A model generated the notes under the pieces. That model was not told the DNA's origin. It saw nothing but the letters and a program-made list of their open reading frames with translations, and made no database searches. From positions 1 through 43,489 of IMG/VR virus record IMGVR_UViG_3300037408_000257: DNA of 43,489 nucleotides. The stretch is one strand, 5' to 3'. Positions 8,429-16,789 of the stretch are shown here, piece by piece (positions within the stretch are counted from its first letter, which is position 1; each line of letters begins with the position of its first letter). The DNA comes from a virus. Its lineage: Duplodnaviria > Caudoviricetes. The position numbers and the translations under genes are program-made.

Positions 8429-11400
8429 CAGACGAGCCCGGCGCCGCAGAATCGCGGGTGGACGGATTCGGGCTTGCCGAACACCTGCGACATATCGACC
8501 CGAGCGCCGTTCGCGTCGATCATCAGGCACACCCACTGATGCTGCGCGAGCAACCCCCAACCGTCGGACTTTTTGCCGGATAGGGTCGTCGCGCTTAGGG
8601 TCGGACAATTCGTTACAAACAAGGTTTTGGGGTTGGCTTCGTCCGCCCCGACGTCCGTTAAGCAAAGGGCGTACGGTATGAAGTCAATCACCGGGGTCGT
8701 CTGGACCTTTGCCAACCAATCAGGATCGATGCCAGCGTCCAAATACCACTTGAAGGGCTCGCAGATTCGGAACGTCGCGCGCCGGATCGGTCGCAGACAA
8801 TACGCGCCCGCGCGGGTGGTGGTCCCATTCATCGTGTTGAATGCATCGTCGACCCCAATGGTGGCGTTGATGTAGTTATACATTCCCCCCGTGTCCCACT
8901 TCGGCGCCCAGGTCGTCGACCCAAACCAGAGCGCGGGTATTTCGGACCGCTCTATAACCTGCCCGTTAACTTCCAACTCGAAAACGACCCGCGCCCCGTC
9001 CGGTAGATCAGGCGACGACGGGTCCGCGTCGGTCGTCTCGTAAATCATGCGGAGCCCGGCGTAGAAATCATAACGGGGGTCAACCGCTAGAAACTGGAAC
9101 CGCTCGGTTTTCGCCCCGCTATATTCGGTGCTTCCGATATCCCCCAGGGGGCGGCGATCCAGGCGGCGTTCGGTGATGGTATGCCGCCCGACCTGCGTGG
9201 TTATTTCATGCGTCAGCGCAATATCAAACACGCTGTTCGCCCAGGCAATGAAAGTTTGGTGGTGGCTATAGTCCAGGCGGTCCGTAGCCGTCACGCGCTT
9301 TTCGACGTCCCCCACATAGTCAATCATCAGGGTTGTTGCCCCGACGGACCCGGAGCCCGTGTAGTTCGCCTCGCCGACCACCTCGGGGGGCGGCGTCACC
9401 CCGCCCGGCGGGATCGTCCCCCACCCGGAACTTTTCGTCTGCCATCGCGACCCGGAGAACGAATAGGCGCCGACGACCGGGTCCTCGACCGTATGCGCGC
9501 ACGACAGATCGGCCGCAATGTCGACATGCACGACGATCGGGGTTTCTCCCCAATCGTGCCACCGGGCGTCGCCGTTCCGATCATAGCCGAGCTGGCATTG
9601 GGCATGCACGACGGCCGACGCGCGGGTCGCCGATCCATTGAACCGGAACCGCACGCCGCGACTGCCAAACGTCGTGAAGCGGTCCACGCCTCCGTAGGCG
9701 GTATTCCCGACGCTTGGACGGGTGACGGATATCTGCCCCACCTGATAGATCAGTCGGGCATTGGTCGCCCATCGTTCGTTGGTATCGACCGGACCGTCGG
9801 TGACGTCGACCGCATAAAAGGCGGCGCCGAAGGTTGCCGTTACCCCGTAGCGATCCTCGCCCAGGGCGGGAATCACCGATTGGTCGATGACCAACAGCAC
9901 ATATTTACGCTCGGCAGGTTTCGGGTTGTCGGGCGTAGGCGCCGGCTTGATATGACGAATCGCCGCGCCCGCAACCGACCGATTGCCCAGCGACCCGGCC
10001 GGCTTGGCAAGCACGCGGCCGTCCAGAAAAACCGCCCCGGCGGCCGCCGCGGATCGCCCGTCGTACGTGATCGGCAATATGTTTGCCCATGAATAATCGC
10101 CGGTCCGGTTGGTACATTGCGATTTGAACCATGTAAAAAACAGCCCGCCCGAATTGGACGCGGGGTGCCCCCAGGTCAGATACCCCCGGACCTTGCCGTC
10201 GCGCCGATAAACCCAATCAAATTGCCCGAACGATCGCGCGCCGGACGTCGCGGCCGGCGATCCGCGCGGGGGCGAGCCCAGGGTCCACGCGCCGCTTTTT
10301 TGCCGCAGCGTTTGAAAGTCGGCGTAGTAGGTCGACCCAACCTTGGTTCGCGTGTATCCGGTGGGGGCGTCATCGCCGGCGAGGGCGCCACAAATGCCAT
10401 GATCCCCGCCGCATTCCCGCGGATGCGACTCGAAGCCGATAACGGTCGGTCGGGTTTGGTCATGGTAGGCAAACTCCACGACGACCCGGTCGCCGACGTC
10501 GAAGGCGGCCCCGTTGCATTCCATGTAGCGGATCGGGACGTCGGACAGGGTCGCCTCCCGGTTCAGATCAATCTCGCCCTGCGACGACTTGGCGGCGTCC
10601 AGGGCGACCGTGCAGGTGTCGCCGGTCAGGGCGGTAATCTCGCCCAGGCGATACCCAGGGCGCCACTTTTCGACGGCCGGGAGCAGGGCTTGGTTAAAAA
10701 ACCAACCGAACGGACCGGGGGCGGCCGCGACCGACTGTAACAGACCGTCCGCATTGCGGGGCTTTGCCTCGGCCGCGCGCGCCGCGTCCAGGGCGGCCGC
10801 CGCGACATCGTACGCTTCGCGGGCGGTCGCGAGGGCTTCCTGCATGGTCGCCAAGGATCCTTCCAGATAGGGCGTTTGCTTTTGGGCGGCGTCGAGCTGC
10901 CCCTGGACGAAGACAATTTCCGCCGGGGTGATGCCGCGGGGCGCGGGAATCGGGTTGCCGTCCAAATCTTCCAGATACCCGTATTCGTCGTCGGTTTGTT
11001 GCGGGCGGTCGATCAGGTCCGCCAGTTGCAGGATTAGCGCGCCGATCCGGCGTTGGTTTGCGTCCAGGGCGGCCTCGGCCGCGTCGACCCGTTCGACCGC
11101 GCGGACCGTTTCAATCTGCGCGGCGGATAGGGCGGTTATCAAGGCGGCGAACTGCTCGGCCGACGTATAGGCGGCGCCGCCATCGTACCCAGGGCGGACC
11201 AAAAGCGCGCCCGACTGGTGGACCCGTTCGCCCGGCGCTTCGATGGTCCCGACGACCCCATCCAAGTCGGTTGTCAGGTCCGCGCACCATGCGTCGACGG
11301 TTTCGTCGGCCGGCATTTTGCCCGTAAGCCATAGGCGGTCCGCTATCAGTTGGGTGCGTTTGTTGACTAGGTCGGCGAGCTGCATCCTGGCAATCCGGGC

Positions 11401-11919
11401 CGACTCGGTCAGCTCGGCCGACTCCCGCACGAGGGCGCCAATCGCGCCCAGGTCCGTTGCGCGGTCGGCCCACTCGGTTCGGTGGGCGTCGAGTCGCGCC
11501 TGGACCGCGTCCCGCTCCGCGGTCTTTTTGTCCACGTCCTCCTTGGCGATTGCCATCATCTGCGGGGCGACTTCGACGTCGTCTTTTTCCAGCGCTTCCA
11601 GATAGTCGAGGAATTCTTGGGCGATCCGTAGGGAATTTTCCGCGGCCTTCAGGTCGTCGCGATCCTGTCGGATCGTCGCGCCCAGCTCGGCATATTTGGC
11701 GTTGATCCGGCCGATTTCTTCATCGATCGCCGCGCGCCGGACGTCCAGGGCGGCCTCGTCGATTTCGATCTTTTCGGCGGCCGCCTGTATGTCCGCCTCG
11801 ACCGCCTGAAGGTCGGTTTCAATCGATGCCAGACGGTCGACGATATGGCGGGACGATTTGGCGAGCCGGACCGAATACAGACCGTCGCCCTTATGCGCGA
11901 GGATCGTCGCCTTGCCCAT
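8428..11919 (-). CDS. Large tail-tip/central spike or fibre protein
   Basis: 1163 aa; two coiled-coil segments, an OB-like YRLGEIT...VPIRYMECNGAAFDVGDRVVVEF...VIGF module and a beta-rich C-terminus; last large gene of the tail module. Confidence 0.7.
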   Translation of the reverse strand: MGKATILAHKGDGLYSVRLAKSSRHIVDRLASIETDLQAVEADIQAAAEKIEIDEAALDVRRAAIDEEIGRINAKYAELGATIRQDRDDLKAAENSLRIAQEFLDYLEALEKDDVEVAPQMMAIAKEDVDKKTAERDAVQARLDAHRTEWADRATDLGAIGALVRESAELTESARIARMQLADLVNKRTQLIADRLWLTGKMPADETVDAWCADLTTDLDGVVGTIEAPGERVHQSGALLVRPGYDGGAAYTSAEQFAALITALSAAQIETVRAVERVDAAEAALDANQRRIGALILQLADLIDRPQQTDDEYGYLEDLDGNPIPAPRGITPAEIVFVQGQLDAAQKQTPYLEGSLATMQEALATAREAYDVAAAALDAARAAEAKPRNADGLLQSVAAAPGPFGWFFNQALLPAVEKWRPGYRLGEITALTGDTCTVALDAAKSSQGEIDLNREATLSDVPIRYMECNGAAFDVGDRVVVEFAYHDQTRPTVIGFESHPRECGGDHGICGALAGDDAPTGYTRTKVGSTYYADFQTLRQKSGAWTLGSPPRGSPAATSGARSFGQFDWVYRRDGKVRGYLTWGHPASNSGGLFFTWFKSQCTNRTGDYSWANILPITYDGRSAAAAGAVFLDGRVLAKPAGSLGNRSVAGAAIRHIKPAPTPDNPKPAERKYVLLVIDQSVIPALGEDRYGVTATFGAAFYAVDVTDGPVDTNERWATNARLIYQVGQISVTRPSVGNTAYGGVDRFTTFGSRGVRFRFNGSATRASAVVHAQCQLGYDRNGDARWHDWGETPIVVHVDIAADLSCAHTVEDPVVGAYSFSGSRWQTKSSGWGTIPPGGVTPPPEVVGEANYTGSGSVGATTLMIDYVGDVEKRVTATDRLDYSHHQTFIAWANSVFDIALTHEITTQVGRHTITERRLDRRPLGDIGSTEYSGAKTERFQFLAVDPRYDFYAGLRMIYETTDADPSSPDLPDGARVVFELEVNGQVIERSEIPALWFGSTTWAPKWDTGGMYNYINATIGVDDAFNTMNGTTTRAGAYCLRPIRRATFRICEPFKWYLDAGIDPDWLAKVQTTPVIDFIPYALCLTDVGADEANPKTLFVTNCPTLSATTLSGKKSDGWGLLAQHQWVCLMIDANGARVDMSQVFGKPESVHPRFCGAGLV

Positions 11920-11921
11920 GA

Positions 11922-13841
11922 CTACGCCTCAGCGATGTCCATGTATGCGTTGGCGGCGTTGACGTTGTGGACGATTTCCCCGATGACCGCGGACCGCCCG
12001 TCGACGACTGCCGTGTCGCCGGGTCGCAGGTCGTTGTTGATCCGCGCCCGCCACCGATTCTTGCCGCCGGATATCGACCACGACGACACCCCGGCGACGA
12101 TGACCGACCGCGGGGTCGTTGCGATCGGATCGCGGCGCCCCTGGACCGATACCGAGGACGCCCGGCCGCCATACGACGGCATCACCTGTGCGACCGTCGC
12201 CCGCGCGATTTCGACGACGTCGAGCCGGTCGTCGGTGTAGCGATCCCCGCGGGAGATGACAAGGTCGCCCCTGGACCGGGCCGCGATGTCCGCCGCATAG
12301 CGGCGGCCGTTGGGCACCGACACCTGAAGGTAGGACGACCCGTCGCGGGATAGGCGGGTCGAAAAGGACGCCATCGGGAGGACGATGTCGTCGACGCCGT
12401 CGGCCGCGCCGGTCAGGGTCAGGGTGTAGGTGGTCGCGGTAATAACCGGGGTCCAGACCGCGGAGCCCCGTTGCGCCCAAAGCTGCCACTGGACGATGTC
12501 GCCACCGTTAAGCGTGTCCAGCCCCCACCATTGGTCGCCGGGACAGTCACCCCATTCCGGGGCGATGGTCAGATAGGACCACGACCCGTCGAACTCTGCC
12601 CAATCGGGTATTTCGATTGCCCACGCGGCGTCATAGGTGGCGAGCCCGTCGGTCGCGCCGGTTTGGGTATGGCGGAAGCCGAGCACGACGTCGCGGACCG
12701 TCATCGTTTGGATTGCCCACGCCCAGGGCGCCACTACGTCGATCACGTGGGCCGGGACGTCGACCGCCCACCGACCGTCCGCCGGTCGGTCGGCGTAAGC
12801 CGTGACGTCGAGCCGCCAACGCCCCGAGAACGCCCGGTCGGCGACCGCATAGGCGCCAAGCGTCCACCGCTGATTGGCCGGATAGTCGCCCCACCCGGCG
12901 GCCGGGACTGCCCACCGCTGGTTCGCTGCGCGCCCCTGATAGATCGGGGCGGTGAGCGCCCAACCGTGCCAGACGACGCAATCCCGAATGGTCGCCCCAG
13001 GGTGGGCCCACTGTTGCACGACCGGGCGGTCCGCATAGGTCGGGGCGGTCAGTGCCCACCGTCCATTGGCCGGGCGGTCGGTCATCGCATAGGCGGAAAT
13101 CCGCCAATGGACATTGCCGACCCTGTCCGCCATCGTCGGGGCAATCAACGACCATTTGCCCGACCCTACCCGGTCAGCGAAGGACGCGACCGCGACCGCC
13201 CACCGCTGGTTGGCGGTGCCGTTGGCGATGATCGGGGCGTCGAACGCCCAGGCGGAACCCGTAACGCGATCAGCCCAGGACAGGACCGCGAGCGCCCACC
13301 GTTGGTCGGCGACGCCGTCCGCGATTGCGGTGCCGTCGACGTCCCAGGCGGCCGCCGCGACATGATCCCCGAACGTCGGGGCGTCGAGCGCCCAGGCGGC
13401 GCCGACGACATAATCCGCGATCGCGTAAGCGTCCAGCGTCCACGCTTGGTCGGGCGACAGGTCGCCGGATGAATCGACCGCCGCAAGCGCCCAGGCGGCG
13501 CCCGCGGTCAGGTCGGCGAAGGCGAAGGCGTCCAGCGTCCACGCTTGGTCGGCGATTCCGTCGGCAATGGTCGGGGCGTCGACGCCCCACGCGAAATCTG
13601 CGGGGATTTGGTCGGGCAACTCGCCTACAATCGCCCACAATGCGTCGAACGGGGCGTCGGCAATCGTCACCCCGTCGATCGTCCACGAGGCGCCCGCCGT
13701 CAGGTCCGCGAAGGCGAAGGCGTCCAGCGTCCACGATTGGTCGCAGGATATCTCGACCCCAGGTTCGCGAAAGTCGATCGCCGGGTCCGGCGTATAGGCG
13801 GCCGCCGAGAATTCGAGGTCCGCGGCGGGGGTGTAGGACAT
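11922..13841 (-). CDS. Tail protein with ~16-17-aa Trp repeats and C-terminal hub-like domain
   Basis: Repeated AD...A(D/N)Q.W(A/T)L units. Start moved to ATG 13841, just after the upstream stop. Confidence 0.7.
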   Translation of the reverse strand: MSYTPAADLEFSAAAYTPDPAIDFREPGVEISCDQSWTLDAFAFADLTAGASWTIDGVTIADAPFDALWAIVGELPDQIPADFAWGVDAPTIADGIADQAWTLDAFAFADLTAGAAWALAAVDSSGDLSPDQAWTLDAYAIADYVVGAAWALDAPTFGDHVAAAAWDVDGTAIADGVADQRWALAVLSWADRVTGSAWAFDAPIIANGTANQRWAVAVASFADRVGSGKWSLIAPTMADRVGNVHWRISAYAMTDRPANGRWALTAPTYADRPVVQQWAHPGATIRDCVVWHGWALTAPIYQGRAANQRWAVPAAGWGDYPANQRWTLGAYAVADRAFSGRWRLDVTAYADRPADGRWAVDVPAHVIDVVAPWAWAIQTMTVRDVVLGFRHTQTGATDGLATYDAAWAIEIPDWAEFDGSWSYLTIAPEWGDCPGDQWWGLDTLNGGDIVQWQLWAQRGSAVWTPVITATTYTLTLTGAADGVDDIVLPMASFSTRLSRDGSSYLQVSVPNGRRYAADIAARSRGDLVISRGDRYTDDRLDVVEIARATVAQVMPSYGGRASSVSVQGRRDPIATTPRSVIVAGVSSWSISGGKNRWRARINNDLRPGDTAVVDGRSAVIGEIVHNVNAANAYMDIAEA

Positions 13842-13843
13842 GA

Positions 13844-15613
13844 CTAGAGCGAGGGGATAAGCGGGCCGACCGCGACCGGCCGAATCATCCGGCCGATACA
13901 GGTCCAAACTAATCCGCCATCTTCAACGGTGTCGCTTTCGTTCGTCGGCCACGCCGGCTCGGATGATCCGGTGACGGGCAGGACAAAGGCTGATTCGGAC
14001 GGCGTAAAATCTGCCGTGTAGCGAGCGATACCGACAAAAAGCAAAAGCTGGTCGATGTGACCATAAAACCCGTTTGCCGCCGACAGGTCCGCCCCGACAT
14101 TGACAAAACCGGGCGCCGTTATTGGGTAGGGGTAAGTTCCGCCCGACCCACCGACCCCGTTGACGTAAATTTTTATGATGCCAGACGACCGAACCACCGC
14201 AATATGGTTCCAGGCGTTTGTATTTAGCGCGGCGGATGCGTCCGCCCGCGCCGCGCCCAAAGAATACAAATATGGCTTCCCGTCAGTCGTCACATAAAGG
14301 CAATATCCGGTGTCAGTACCCCCCGCGCGCGTGTCCCATATAGTCCGCTGCACGCTAAGGTTGACCGGCCGCACCCAGCATTCCAGTGTGAAATCGGCAA
14401 GTTCGAGTGATAACCCAGGGGCAACCGGCCCGCGGACGTAATCGCCCGACCCGTCAAAATAACCAGACGACGACCCGAACTTGTACTGGTCGGTTTTGAT
14501 TTGGGCGTTGCCGCCCGCGGTCATCGTCAACCCGTATGCTTCGCCAAATGCGGTGGACGTATTGGCGCCCTCCATGGTCATTGCGAGCCGCAGACTCGCC
14601 GCGTCGGCGGACGCGGCCGCGCACTGGTAAACGTACGGATCACCGACCGGGTCAGCAGGAACGGCATAGTCGCCGGGAGTCCAGATGGTCGATTGCTTCC
14701 AGTTCGACCCCATCCGCGGGTGCGCGACGATCACAACCGCGTCGGCATAATCCGTATATGGAGCGGATTCTGGACAGCACGGCACCTCATAAGCATCGCC
14801 GGTCGCAGCGATTTGATTCAGCAGGGCGCCCGTGTTTAGTCGATGCGAACGAATCCTGAAATCGGAATGAGGGGTCGCTTCCGTCAGCGTCCCGGCAACA
14901 TATCGCCCATAGTCGGGAAATGGCGCCGCGGGCGGGGTGTAGTTTGCGGTATAGCGGGCGACGCCGAGGGTGATGCGGAAGTCGTCAATGTACCCGTTCA
15001 AATACCGAGTCCAGTTGGCCACCGCTGGTTGTCCGCCGATTTGCGCGGCATACGACGGCGACCCGAGCGACCGACCGGACCCGCCAGAAATCGCCGACGT
15101 CTGGACCGTCCCGTCCAGGCATAAAATCAGGTCGGCCGATCCGGCCTCGCGACAGACCGCGACATGATGCCATTCGCCCTGGCTCACCGTCGTTGTCCAG
15201 CTCCCACTGATCGACGACCCCCCGTATTTATCCTCCCAACCGATCCCGGTCCCGGTCGTCGATCCATTGCCCGCGATTTGAAAGCTGAACCCACCGTAGC
15301 TTGCGGACATATTGGTCCACAGTTGGGCGTTTCGAAGGCTATTCCCGTCCGTCGCGGAATTTGCCGCGATGTAGACCCAGCATTCAATCGTGAAGGCGCC
15401 CGTCCCGAAGAACCAGTCGGCCGACGCGGCGACCTGTAGATAGTCGCCGTTTCCGTCGAAGTATGCCGACCCCGCGCCCCATTTCTTTTGTGCCGATGTC
15501 GCAATGACGTTTCCGTATTTTGAAACCGTCTTCCCCTTTCGATCCGTCATCGCGTAATCGTCGAGGTGCAACAGCAGGGCGACGTTTCCGAAGTACGGGT
15601 CGTTGGCTGGCAT
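13844..15613 (-). CDS. Tail-associated protein with two LamG/concanavalin A-like domains
   Basis: Two copies of SAYFDG.GDY...FTIECWV...WHHVAV.R...GYIDDFRIT.GVARYTA.FTP. Confidence 0.85.
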   Translation of the reverse strand: MPANDPYFGNVALLLHLDDYAMTDRKGKTVSKYGNVIATSAQKKWGAGSAYFDGNGDYLQVAASADWFFGTGAFTIECWVYIAANSATDGNSLRNAQLWTNMSASYGGFSFQIAGNGSTTGTGIGWEDKYGGSSISGSWTTTVSQGEWHHVAVCREAGSADLILCLDGTVQTSAISGGSGRSLGSPSYAAQIGGQPAVANWTRYLNGYIDDFRITLGVARYTANYTPPAAPFPDYGRYVAGTLTEATPHSDFRIRSHRLNTGALLNQIAATGDAYEVPCCPESAPYTDYADAVVIVAHPRMGSNWKQSTIWTPGDYAVPADPVGDPYVYQCAAASADAASLRLAMTMEGANTSTAFGEAYGLTMTAGGNAQIKTDQYKFGSSSGYFDGSGDYVRGPVAPGLSLELADFTLECWVRPVNLSVQRTIWDTRAGGTDTGYCLYVTTDGKPYLYSLGAARADASAALNTNAWNHIAVVRSSGIIKIYVNGVGGSGGTYPYPITAPGFVNVGADLSAANGFYGHIDQLLLFVGIARYTADFTPSESAFVLPVTGSSEPAWPTNESDTVEDGGLVWTCIGRMIRPVAVGPLIPSL

Positions 15614-15634
15614 AGCGAGAACCCCGGTCCGGGC

Positions 15635-16417
15635 TTAGTACCCGGCGTTGATGGTCAGGGCGGACAGGTTGTTCGACGTCGACGTTACCGTCGCCGCCGG
15701 GACGTTTCGCTTTTCCCAGATCGCGTGCGACTGCCCCGCGTTCAACTGCCCGATCGACAGGGCGGACCCGATCGCGGACGGCGCCGAGAAGGTCACGCCC
15801 GCAGGGGCGGCGCCCTCGTTGGCGATGGTCGCCGCAACCCCGGTGGTCGATCCGTCGCCGATCCCGGCCGCGTCCTTGCCGATGCTGATATCGTCCGCCC
15901 CGGTCGTCTGTTGCGAAATGTAGATTTTCGCCCCGACAAACGGGTCGGTCGGGTGCGCGTTGTAGACGTAGAAACAGCGATATTCGACGTCGCCAGCATA
16001 CGACTCGGTCTTCGATACGTCGTCGAACAACTGGTTGGCGAGCTGGGTGACGGTGATGGTGTCCGACTGATTGCCGACCGGGAGCGATGCGTCGGTTACT
16101 GTGACGAACAGGAACCCGGCCGATCCGGGGATCGCGTACCGCCCATCACCCGATATTGCGACCGCGGCGCCGGCCGATCCGCCGTTCGGCGCCCAGGTTA
16201 GCGTTTTGCCCGATGCGGTGAAGGTCAGCGTCCCGGCGCCATCGGCCGATCCGGGGGCGTCGTCGACGACAACCCCGGTGATGTTGCTGATACCCGTTCC
16301 CGACTTGGATAGGATGCGGTAAGACGACCGGACCCCGCCCAGCGATGCGTTCGGGTCCGAGTTGGACGCGCCGCCGGACAGTCGAAGTTCGAGGTAGGCG
16401 AGATTGTTTGCAGCCAT
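15635..16417 (-). CDS. Minor tail protein
   Basis: SGGASNSDPNASLGG and LFDDVS...GDVEYRCFYVYN motifs; position in the tail module; GGAG RBS. Confidence 0.65.
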   Translation of the reverse strand: MAANNLAYLELRLSGGASNSDPNASLGGVRSSYRILSKSGTGISNITGVVVDDAPGSADGAGTLTFTASGKTLTWAPNGGSAGAAVAISGDGRYAIPGSAGFLFVTVTDASLPVGNQSDTITVTQLANQLFDDVSKTESYAGDVEYRCFYVYNAHPTDPFVGAKIYISQQTTGADDISIGKDAAGIGDGSTTGVAATIANEGAAPAGVTFSAPSAIGSALSIGQLNAGQSHAIWEKRNVPAATVTSTSNNLSALTINAGY

Positions 16418-16426
16418 GACAGACTC

Positions 16427-16783
16427 CTAAATGCTCAGTTTTTGGGATACCAGAAACCGGAGCGACGCGGTCGCGCCGGCCGGGCGGAAATAGTCGACGA
16501 CGCCGCGAAACGCCCCGTACCGCGTTGACAGGATCAGGAGCGGGTAAAGCTGCACTAGGCGCATGATCGCCGCCTCGTATCCGGGCGACGGTAGGCGGAC
16601 CGTTAGGGTGTATGTCGCGTCGGCCGCGGAATACCCGTTGTCCTCGATCTCGGCGCCCCCGTCCAGGGTCGCGGTGCGGGTGACGCGACGGGATAGCGTC
16701 CCGACCTCGGAGTCGGCCTTGACGTCCAGGGCGACATATCCCAGCGGGTCGAAGACGTCTGCGGATAGGACCGTCGAAAACAT
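16427..16783 (-). CDS. Distal tail protein (Dit-like position)
   Basis: Immediately after the tape measure; SRRVTRTATLDGG motif. Confidence 0.6.
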   Translation of the reverse strand: MFSTVLSADVFDPLGYVALDVKADSEVGTLSRRVTRTATLDGGAEIEDNGYSAADATYTLTVRLPSPGYEAAIMRLVQLYPLLILSTRYGAFRGVVDYFRPAGATASLRFLVSQKLSI

Positions 16784-16789
16784 GGCGCG

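Noticed and set aside
8428-16417. Second DGR target among the tail genes
   Set aside because: No second copy of the TR invariant segments was found by eye at any gene 3' end. An adenine-tolerant alignment would be needed to exclude it fully.
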